A stretch of DNA of 56,802 nt from Synechococcus sp. (GTDB lineage Bacteria; Cyanobacteriota; Cyanobacteriia; Thermostichales; PCC-7336), in the NCBI GenBank assembly GCA_051439605.1, contig JBFRWN010000062.1, positions 1 through 56,802 of the forward strand. The letters are read 5' to 3'. The position numbers and the translations under genes were made by a program. Positions 48,931 to 56,802 of the stretch are shown here, in pieces. The notes under the pieces were generated by a model. It saw only the letters and a list, made by a program, of their open reading frames with translations, was not told the DNA's origin and ran no database searches. Position 1 is the stretch's first letter; each line of letters starts with the position of its first letter.

Positions 48931-51816
48931 TTATCCGGACTCCTCACGTTCGCTGACGAGAGCCGCGTCTGATGACTCATTTTCAACGGCGGGAAGACGA
49001 AGCTGGGTAACCGTCCGACCATCCTCCGCCTGGTAGATTTCTAGATCGCCTCCCATCTGGGCAACTGCTGCTTGGCAGAGGAATAGCTCGCGTCCGGGGG
49101 ATTGATTGAGTAGTGGGAGGTTATACAGCGGGGCCATCCAGGCAAATCCTCCCCCCTGTTGCCGAAGCTCGTCCAACAGCTTTAGGAGGTCCGCTGGCAA
49201 GGGTTGGGCCTTATCGACCAAAGACAGTGAGAAGCAATTTTGTTCCCCCTGCGCCCAAATCTCTAAATTGCTGCCATTCTCACTCCGTTTAGCGATCGCG
49301 GCAATCAGTTCCACTAATACAATTTCCAGTCGGGCAGCATGACCCGCAATGGACAACTTTGCTTCTCCATGCACCCGAGGCCAGAGTTTGCGCTGTTGCA
49401 CCAGAGGCCCCACCCGCCGCAACACTCTGCGGAGTAGAGTAGCCCCCAGGATAGTTGTACGGTCTGGAACTCGATGCCAGTACTCCCGTCCCACGCTTTT
49501 TAGATCTTTGGGGATTTCGACCAGACCGCGCACCACTTCCTCCATCGTGCGCCATTGGGCATCTTTCTCGTCAGGGATGGCTTTGACTAACCGTTTGATT
49601 TGATGGCTGAGGCTGAGGCTTGCGAGCGCTAGCTGGCGGTGCTTGTACCAGTTGAGCTCCGTGAGTTCTTCACAGCGATAGAGTAAAGTTTGCTGTGCGA
49701 TCGCCCGCATGAGATTGCTATCTAAAGCTGATTTGAAACTATAGAAGACCTGTTGCTCAACTTCCGACCACTCGCGAAGCGGGCTGTCCCCCACAATCAA
49801 CAGCAGGCTGGGAAGGTATGGACGCTGACGGTTGTCTGTGGCGATCGCCATGATGCGACCCAGGTGTGGAGCCTGCAGCCACTGCCGGCTACTACTGTGT
49901 AAATCCTCGGTATCCAGCAACAGTGGATCCGTAGACTGCAGGCACCATTGGATCAGAGCATCCCGCTCAACAACAATTGCTGGAGTTGGAGAGGGCAATT
50001 GATACTCCTCTTCCTTTTGGCGCAGTGACTTTAGCGTGGCGGTCCTATTAGCTTTCTTTCCTGAAGGGAGAGAGGAGGGCCAAGAAATCGCAGCGGTCAG
50101 CGGGGCAGAAAATAATTGGGCTAGGTGCGTTGTGGCCAAGTCGTAAAGTTCATCGGCTGATTGTGCCTGACCGAACTCTTCAATTGCGGAACAGAGTTTC
50201 TCAAACAGATGTAACTGCTCGGCTGCACCCTCCTCAGTGCGCCATTGGCGAAAGACCACCCCCACCTGATGGGCCACCAACGATAGCAGTTGGCGATCCT
50301 CTCGGTGCCATCCCCGAGAGTGAGCGTTTACCACCAAGACGATTCCTTCAGGATCCACCTTCTCCAGATCTTGCTCTGGGGAAAACTGTGTCGGCGTCGT
50401 CCGTGCAGCCAACACAGAGCGCACAGCTGCCTGTTCAAACTCCTCCTGCCAAACCGTCAGCCGTAAATCTTCAGGGTAGCTATCTGCAGCCACCGCCATA
50501 TCTCCACACAGTAAGTCCTCCAGGTCCCGTCCCGACAGCTTGCGAAAGAGCTTGGGAAACGTGAGCTTCCGATCTTGGCTGTAGGCCACGCGCACCTCAT
50601 AGCCTTCGACATTGGTGGCCGTTTGCAGCATTAAGCAAGCGGAGGCATCCAGCCGCGTACAAAGCTGCTCGGCAATCTGGTGCAGCGAGTGATTCCAATC
50701 AGTTTGTCCATAGACTGTTTGAGCCACCTGGCTCGTGAGCAAGCGATCCCGCTCGATCACCCCCAACGTAGCTTCCAAGGACTCCAGCGGTGCGGCCAAT
50801 GCAATTAACTGAGTTGCGCCCAACACCATCGTTTGCTCTGCCTCTGTCCAGGAGCGCAGGTTGCTGGATTCTACCGAAATAAAACCCAGCAACTCCCCTT
50901 CGAACAATACGGGGGCCAACATGATGGAGCGGCAGCCCAATTCTTTTAGGGTGCGGGCATTAATGGGTATCCGCCCAGATAGGCCCGCACCACCCACCAC
51001 TACAAGTTGTCCTTCCACCAAGGCCGCAAACGCTGGCTCTAGCTCGCGGGCCGTAAACACGGGGCCATTCCCAAGCTTACCGGTGGATTGGCGACTGCTC
51101 CAACGAATGCCAAATTCGTTGCGTTCGCGATCGAGCCAAAACACTTGTACCCGTTGGGCTTCTACAAACGCTTGAATTTGGGCGATCGCCGCCTGCACCC
51201 TGTCATCCATCGACTCGAAGTTCCGCATGGCGGTGCCCAGGGCCACCAAAGGAATATCCGCTTGCTTCTGCTGCTGTTGCCGAAGTTTTTCTTCCATCAC
51301 CTGCAGTGAGGATGCCAATTGACCGATAACGATTCCCAATACTGCCATTTCTTCATCACTAGCGCTGCCCCCCCACAGCTGCGACCCCATCATTAGAACT
51401 CCCAAACATTGTTGTTTATAGCGAATGGGTATTAACAGGCACCCCACAATCCCCAAATTGTCTGCTTCCTTTTGCCAAATCCCCATGCGTAATTCTTGGG
51501 GCACATCGGGAACGGCGATCGGACGCTGCTCGATTGCCACTTGTTCGAGAATTTGGCCAGGTTCTAGTGAAAGGGTCTTGGTCAATAAACTGCAGTTGGG
51601 CTGCAACGTCGCCCCCCCCTGACCCACCAACTGATGCTGTTCAGCATCGTAAAAAGCAATCCATACCAGCGGTGCCTCAAATGCAGAAGAAATGTAATGA
51701 ATGCTGAGGTCTACTAGTTCTTGAACTGTTTTGCAGTCCCGCATTTGCCTCAGTACGCGGTCCAACATCACGAATGGGGATTCGGACTTGGTTTCTGGGG
51801 GAAGGGACTGAACCAT
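48931..51816 (-). CDS. Multi-GAF sensor with degenerate histidine-kinase-like C-terminus
   Basis: Repeated GAF-like units (LIPIRY..LGVL, LAPVLFEGELLGFI, R.W...E); HATPase-like tail (LFLCQAAVAQMGGDL). Confidence 0.8.
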   Translation of the reverse strand: MVQSLPPETKSESPFVMLDRVLRQMRDCKTVQELVDLSIHYISSAFEAPLVWIAFYDAEQHQLVGQGGATLQPNCSLLTKTLSLEPGQILEQVAIEQRPIAVPDVPQELRMGIWQKEADNLGIVGCLLIPIRYKQQCLGVLMMGSQLWGGSASDEEMAVLGIVIGQLASSLQVMEEKLRQQQQKQADIPLVALGTAMRNFESMDDRVQAAIAQIQAFVEAQRVQVFWLDRERNEFGIRWSSRQSTGKLGNGPVFTARELEPAFAALVEGQLVVVGGAGLSGRIPINARTLKELGCRSIMLAPVLFEGELLGFISVESSNLRSWTEAEQTMVLGATQLIALAAPLESLEATLGVIERDRLLTSQVAQTVYGQTDWNHSLHQIAEQLCTRLDASACLMLQTATNVEGYEVRVAYSQDRKLTFPKLFRKLSGRDLEDLLCGDMAVAADSYPEDLRLTVWQEEFEQAAVRSVLAARTTPTQFSPEQDLEKVDPEGIVLVVNAHSRGWHREDRQLLSLVAHQVGVVFRQWRTEEGAAEQLHLFEKLCSAIEEFGQAQSADELYDLATTHLAQLFSAPLTAAISWPSSLPSGKKANRTATLKSLRQKEEEYQLPSPTPAIVVERDALIQWCLQSTDPLLLDTEDLHSSSRQWLQAPHLGRIMAIATDNRQRPYLPSLLLIVGDSPLREWSEVEQQVFYSFKSALDSNLMRAIAQQTLLYRCEELTELNWYKHRQLALASLSLSHQIKRLVKAIPDEKDAQWRTMEEVVRGLVEIPKDLKSVGREYWHRVPDRTTILGATLLRRVLRRVGPLVQQRKLWPRVHGEAKLSIAGHAARLEIVLVELIAAIAKRSENGSNLEIWAQGEQNCFSLSLVDKAQPLPADLLKLLDELRQQGGGFAWMAPLYNLPLLNQSPGRELFLCQAAVAQMGGDLEIYQAEDGRTVTQLRLPAVENESSDAALVSEREESG

Positions 51817-52048
51817 GATGGTTATGTTGAAAGAAGTCTGGAGGTGGCGGCGATCGCGCAGTCGGATACAGCGATGTGAAGGCCGTCTGCCGCAATGGAC
51901 ACAGGGTACCCAGCTGAGTAAATCGGACGAACTACTTCTCGGTGTGATGCGGAGGACTCCCCAAGCGGATCGTTAACCTCCGTTGAATTCATGGCTCAAC
52001 TGAGCCCGAAGGAGCTGACTGAAATGACCGCAGCGAGGCATGAAGAAC

Positions 52049-52080
52049 ATCTCCTTCAGACAACTCAGTCTGAAGGAGAT
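52049..52080. terminator. 13-bp perfect hairpin downstream of pstS
   Basis: atctccttcagac-aactca-gtctgaaggagat. Confidence 0.7.
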
Positions 52081-52121
52081 TGCGGGGTTTAACTTCTAGT
52101 ACTGTTGTGATGTCAGTCCCA

Positions 52122-53162
52122 TTATTCGAACAAGTCACCGATGGGGGTGCCGGGGGTCACATCCTGGTAGTTGCTACCGGTGCTGCGAGACTCCCAGTGG
52201 GTGGAGATTGTAGCGTAGACCTCTTCAGGTAAACCGATATAGCCCACTTTGCTAGATAAGTCCGCAGCGTTCTCTAGGTAATAGTCTACGAATGCAGCCA
52301 CTTGGGGCTTCTCTGCGGCAGAGGCAACATTCACGTAGATGAACAGAGGGCGCGCCAGGGGAACGTAGGTGCCGTTCTCCACTGTTTCGGTGGAGGGCAC
52401 AACGCAGCCGTTGCCACCATCAACCCCCAATACATTGAGGATTTCCTTGTTTTCTTCGTAGAACGCCAGGCCAAAGAAACCTAAGCCGCCAGAGCTACCC
52501 GAGACCCCTTTGACGATCACGTTGTCGTCTTCGCTGGGGGAAAAGTCGGCGCGGATGTCGTCCTCACCCAGAATGGCTTCGTTGAAGTAGTCGAAGGTCC
52601 CTGAGTCAACGCCGGGCGCATACAGATCGAACTCCTCATCGGGGAAATCAGCCCCTTCCAGATCGGCCCAGCTGGTCACTTCTCCTTCAGCGTCAGCGTT
52701 CCAGATGAAATTGAGCTGTTCCGTGGTCAGACACTGGGCAAAGTCGTTCTCTTTGGAGGTCACAAGCGCCAAACCATCGAAGGCAACGGGAATTTCAACA
52801 AACTCAATGCCGTTCTCAGTACAGACATCGATTTCTGTCCGCTTGATGGGGCGGGAGGCGTTGGAGATATCGGTTTCGCCGACGCAGAACTTTTTAAACC
52901 CACCGCCGCTGCCACTGGTGCCGACGGAAACATTCACGTCAGGGGCAACGGTTTTGTAGCTTTCGGAAGCTGCAATGGTCACAGGACCAACGGTACTGGA
53001 ACCATCGGCCAAGACATCACCGCTCAGGGATGAAGCGGCAACCTCTGGTGCAGGTGCGGTGTCGCTACTGGTTGGGGGTTGAGTGGGTTCGCCACCACCA
53101 CAAGCGGTGGCAAGGGCAGCAATCGCAACTGACAAACCGATCGGAAAAACCTTGGAATTCAT
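52122..53162 (-). CDS. pstS: Phosphate ABC transporter substrate-binding lipoprotein (PstS/SphX-type)
   Basis: Lipobox LATAC, DGSSTV, GSGGGFKKFC, DSGTFDYF, PLARPLFIY; start set at ATG 53162 with RBS GGAGAG. Confidence 0.93.
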   Translation of the reverse strand: MNSKVFPIGLSVAIAALATACGGGEPTQPPTSSDTAPAPEVAASSLSGDVLADGSSTVGPVTIAASESYKTVAPDVNVSVGTSGSGGGFKKFCVGETDISNASRPIKRTEIDVCTENGIEFVEIPVAFDGLALVTSKENDFAQCLTTEQLNFIWNADAEGEVTSWADLEGADFPDEEFDLYAPGVDSGTFDYFNEAILGEDDIRADFSPSEDDNVIVKGVSGSSGGLGFFGLAFYEENKEILNVLGVDGGNGCVVPSTETVENGTYVPLARPLFIYVNVASAAEKPQVAAFVDYYLENAADLSSKVGYIGLPEEVYATISTHWESRSTGSNYQDVTPGTPIGDLFE

Positions 53163-53299
53163 GAACTCTCCATGTCTGTTATTAACGATAATTGGGTGAA
53201 AACGAGCCTTGAGGAGATCCCCAGCTCGCAGACCATCGGAACCTGGCAATGTTCCTGACCCCAGAACAGACAGACTCTACTCGAAAGAAGGCAGCTGCT

Positions 53300-53329
53300 G
53301 AGTAAACAAAGGATTAAGGAAGAGATAAG
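53300..53329 (-). promoter_or_regulatory. Pho box (SphR/PhoB): three repeats with 11-bp period upstream of pstS
   Basis: Minus strand CTTATCTC-ttc-CTTAATCC-ttt-GTTTACTC, resembling the cyanobacterial PyTTAAPyPy(T/A)-N3 consensus; TAGAGT -10 at 53274-53279. Confidence 0.7.
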
Positions 53330-53372
53330 AAAATCAACCCATGCTTGATACTTCTAGTTTGCAGAAAAAAGA

Positions 53373-55748
53373 CTACAGTTTCTGAATTGGTGCCAAGCGG
53401 GGATCGAGGATTTTTTGCTGACCCAATCCGATGAATTTGACGGCCAGCGAAACTTTATTGCCGACCCCAAAGACATGGGTCACCTGCCCTTGACCAAAGG
53501 AGCTGTGCTCCAGCTTGTCCCCTACGTTCCACTCCACCACCGTGCGGGTTTTCGGCCGCACTCCGCTGGATTTTACCTGCTCCCGATCGCGAATACTTTT
53601 GCGCATTAGAGCAGGCTCTTGTCGGCGCTCGGGCAGCGGATCGGATAGCGGCAGTAGGGAGTCTTTGGGCAACTCCGTCAAGAAAGGTGAGGGTAAGCTC
53701 ATCTCCCGTCGACCGTATAGGCGGCGAGCTTCGGCATGGGTGATGTAAAGTTGGGCTTCGGCACGAGTAATGCCCACGTAACACAACCGCCGCTCTTCTT
53801 CGAGGGCCTCAGGGTCGTCCTGCGATCGGAAATGGGGGAACAATCCCTGCTCTAGCCCTACTAAAAAGACCACTGGAAACTCCAACCCTTTGGCGCTGTG
53901 TAGCGTCATCAAAGAAATGCTGCTGCCCTCTTCCTGCAAGTCTTCTAGATTGCTGCTAAGGGAGGCTTGGGACAGATATGCGGAAAGAGTAGGGTCGTCT
54001 GATTCCTCTTGAAACTGTTGAATGGCGTTAAATAGCTCTTTGATGTTTTCCAAGCGGCTTTCAGACTCGTCATTCTTTTGCAACTCTAGCGCTCGCACGT
54101 ACCCCGACTCGTCCAGCACCAATTCGAGGAGCTGAAGGACACTAGTAGTTTCCGCCTGCGATCGCCAGTTGTCCACCATGCGGACAAATTCCAGCACATT
54201 TTTGCTGCTGCGACCCACCAGACTCTTTACTGATGTTTCATCAGACAGAATTTCCCAGAGGGGCATCCCCAGCTGTTGAGCAGCATCCTGCAGTTTATTC
54301 ACAGTGGAGGACCCAATTCCCCGTCGGGGAGTGTTAATAATGCGGGCCAGGCTGAGGGTGTCTGAATCGTTATTAATCACTTTGAGATAGGCGAGAATAT
54401 CTTTGATTTCGCGGCGATCGTAGAATCGCAACCCCCCCACGACGGTGTAAGGCAAACCCCAGCGCATTAAGGATTCTTCGAAGGGGCGGGACTGAGCATT
54501 GGTGCGGTACAAAATGGCAAAATCGCCGTAGGATCGGGCATTATTCTGCTGGATAAAGGCACGGATTTGACCCACCACAAAATTGGCTTCGTCTTGTTCG
54601 TGTTCGGCGCGGTAATAGCGAATTTGTTCTCCGGCAGGGCGGGTAGGGCGTAGAACTTTGTCGATGCGCTCGCTGTTGAGGGAAATGAGGGCATTCGCTG
54701 CTTCTAGGATATTGGCGCTAGAGCGATAATTTTCCTCCAGCTTTACTAGGGTACGGGTGTCATCGTCGGGCAGGCCATCGCCGAAGTTATCCTGAAAGCT
54801 CATCAAGATGCGATAGTCAGCCCCCCGAAAGGCATAGATCGACTGATCGCCATCCCCCACTGCAAATACAGAGCGATCGCGCCAATTCCAGTCCGAGCGC
54901 GAATTGTTGTTGGTGGTCAACAGCCGAATGAGTTCGTACTGAGTGTGGTTCGTATCCTGATACTCGTCGACTAAGATGTGGCGAAATTGGCGATGCCAGT
55001 AATCCAACACGGAATCGTTTTGCCGAAACAGCAACATCGGCACCCAAATGAGATCGTCGAAGTCTAGAGCGTTGTTTTGGGCCAGTACATCTTGGTAGCG
55101 GCGGTACACCTCTGCGATCGTACGACCGCGAAAGTTAGGTTCCTGTTTCTCGAATTGGGTAGGGGTCCACCCCTGATTCTTGGCATTACTAATGACGTAG
55201 CGCACCGTGCGGGGGTTGAACTTGCGATCGTCCAGCTCGAGATCCCGCACCACGATTTTTTTGACGGCGTCGTTCGAGTCGGAATCATCAAAAATGGAAA
55301 AATTCTGCTGCCATTGCCGCCCTCGCTCATCCTGAAATTTAGCAATGTCGAAGCGTAGGATGCGAGCACAAAGGCTATGGAAAGTGCCGACCCACATCGG
55401 CTTAATCAGGTTCTTGTACACCTGCGATCGCAACCGAGTTTGCTCTAGCGCGGATAACTCCTCCAGAGGTTTCCCAAATTGAACCTCGGCGCGCTTTTCC
55501 GCAAATAACTGTTCGATCCGCTGCTTCATCTCCCTAGCAGCTTTATTGGTGAAGGTCACCGCCATGATGTGTTCGGGATTGACGCGATAGTTAAGCACTA
55601 AACTGGCGATGCGGTAGGTGAGAGTGCGGGTTTTCCCGGAACCAGCTCCAGCCACCACCAGCATGGGCCCCTCGTAATGGGCAGCGGCATTGCGCTGGGC
55701 GGGATTCAGGTGCCCGAGATCGAGACTGGCGGTGGTGGTTGTACCCAT
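53373..55748 (-). CDS. pcrA: ATP-dependent DNA helicase PcrA/UvrD
   Basis: AGAGSGKT, TFTNKAA, VDEYQDTN, ENYRS, TLHSAKGLEF, YVGITRA; start set at ATG 55748. Confidence 0.96.
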   Translation of the reverse strand: MGTTTTASLDLGHLNPAQRNAAAHYEGPMLVVAGAGSGKTRTLTYRIASLVLNYRVNPEHIMAVTFTNKAAREMKQRIEQLFAEKRAEVQFGKPLEELSALEQTRLRSQVYKNLIKPMWVGTFHSLCARILRFDIAKFQDERGRQWQQNFSIFDDSDSNDAVKKIVVRDLELDDRKFNPRTVRYVISNAKNQGWTPTQFEKQEPNFRGRTIAEVYRRYQDVLAQNNALDFDDLIWVPMLLFRQNDSVLDYWHRQFRHILVDEYQDTNHTQYELIRLLTTNNNSRSDWNWRDRSVFAVGDGDQSIYAFRGADYRILMSFQDNFGDGLPDDDTRTLVKLEENYRSSANILEAANALISLNSERIDKVLRPTRPAGEQIRYYRAEHEQDEANFVVGQIRAFIQQNNARSYGDFAILYRTNAQSRPFEESLMRWGLPYTVVGGLRFYDRREIKDILAYLKVINNDSDTLSLARIINTPRRGIGSSTVNKLQDAAQQLGMPLWEILSDETSVKSLVGRSSKNVLEFVRMVDNWRSQAETTSVLQLLELVLDESGYVRALELQKNDESESRLENIKELFNAIQQFQEESDDPTLSAYLSQASLSSNLEDLQEEGSSISLMTLHSAKGLEFPVVFLVGLEQGLFPHFRSQDDPEALEEERRLCYVGITRAEAQLYITHAEARRLYGRREMSLPSPFLTELPKDSLLPLSDPLPERRQEPALMRKSIRDREQVKSSGVRPKTRTVVEWNVGDKLEHSSFGQGQVTHVFGVGNKVSLAVKFIGLGQQKILDPRLAPIQKL

Positions 55749-55909
55749 ACTTTTTGCACGTAAGCACTGCAGGTAACTCATATTAAAGGCAGATTGCCTA
55801 AGGTCCGCCGGTTTTTCAGAAAAGGTTGGGTTTACCCAGAATTCACGATCGCAACAGCAGTAATTCTGGCAGCTGCTACTGTGATGTCTTAATCAAGTGA
55901 TGTTACTGA

Positions 55910-56680
55910 ATGGGCTACCACTCGATCTTGGGTAATTGCTGCGCAGCCCCTGACGAAAAGTTATACATGAATGCGGGCAATCTCCATCAAATTGTGAAGC
56001 CTGAAACTGTACCCACTCCATCACGGAAAGTGCCTCGAATTCAGCTTTACGGATTTATTGTGCTGAGCATTGTCCTGGCCGTCGGGCTGGCTTGGATGCT
56101 GGAGAGCGGATTGCTCTTTGGTCTGATTGCTGTCCTGCTCATCCTCCTGATGTGGTGGGGGGTAAGTTGCTATCGGGTGCAAAAACAGCTGCAGATGGCC
56201 CATGATGCTCGAACTACATTGCTACGTATCGTGGGGGAACGGTCACAGTTGGCCGAAAAAGTCGTGGGTATGGCCCTAAAGTTCGACGAGTACGGCGCAT
56301 TGAAGCACGAACTGACACGGATGCTGCGGGACGATTCTGGGACAATCGCCAACGCAGCGATCGAAATCGACCAAAATATCAAGCTGGCAGTTAATGTGCT
56401 GGAGAAGCACATGGACACAGACAGCAATCGCCGCTATCGCAAGCTCAAACTCGATTTAGCAACAACGAAAACGCAGGTGGCGCAACAGTGTCGCACCTAT
56501 AACGAAATTGCCACCCACTACAACGCTCTGCTTGACAAGCCCCCCATAAAGTGGCTGCGGACCAAGCTAGATTTCCCCTATGCCCCCCGTGTCGAACAGT
56601 CCGATAAGCGGGCCTTCGTGCGATTGCAGAAATTTTCCATTGACGACGGTCCTTTATTCAGGGACGTTCTAAATACCTAG
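55910..56680 (+). CDS. Divergent LemA-like membrane protein (start may be ATG 55967)
   Basis: Two N-terminal TM helices; C-terminal 'RTYNEIATHYNALLDKPPIKW' resembles the LemA YN..V..YN....FP motif. Confidence 0.6.
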   Translation: MGYHSILGNCCAAPDEKLYMNAGNLHQIVKPETVPTPSRKVPRIQLYGFIVLSIVLAVGLAWMLESGLLFGLIAVLLILLMWWGVSCYRVQKQLQMAHDARTTLLRIVGERSQLAEKVVGMALKFDEYGALKHELTRMLRDDSGTIANAAIEIDQNIKLAVNVLEKHMDTDSNRRYRKLKLDLATTKTQVAQQCRTYNEIATHYNALLDKPPIKWLRTKLDFPYAPRVEQSDKRAFVRLQKFSIDDGPLFRDVLNT

Positions 56681-56802
56681 TTCTAACGGATTTTGTGGTC
56701 ATCCAGTGTGAGGCAACCTACGGCCATTCATAGAGGAAGAAATCAGCAAGTTGTGCAACCAATTGTGGTGATAGTAGAAGCCATTCAAGTCAGCAAAAGG
56801 AG

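Noticed and set aside
51820..51992. 56-codon ORF (MNSTEVNDP...) upstream of the GAF gene
   Set aside because: No RBS and no protein-like features; cannot be supported

Overview
Cyanobacterial chromosomal segment. Evidence: abundant HIP1 octamers GCGATCGC and the genes chlB, psaK, psbK, psbX, btpA, crr6 and ccb4. It is mostly housekeeping genes (thiL, trpB, ribBA, rpmF, murF, murJ, tex, mnmA, cysK, def, hslO, folK, pstS, pcrA) plus two tRNA-Ser genes. The first ~2.1 kb look like the edge of an island integrated at the 3' end of tRNA-Ser(GCT): an intact IS701/IS4-type transposase, iteron-like TAAAGGA repeats and paired TTTAATCC repeats. A 382-bp MITE with 17-bp terminal inverted repeats and a 6-bp target duplication lies at 19180-19561. 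The main items for follow-up are: a co-directional ppgK-rapZ-yvcK-VOC-murF cluster; a ~1330-aa tail-anchored coiled-coil protein with a recurring QLPEAIxxNTxSI motif; a cNMP/degenerate-AAA+/polyferredoxin membrane sensor; a multi-GAF pseudo-kinase; a btpA-crr6-(bioD-like)-ccb4 assembly-factor operon; and several candidate structured RNAs and small ORFs absent from the ORF track. Product calls come from motif recognition only; no database searches were run.
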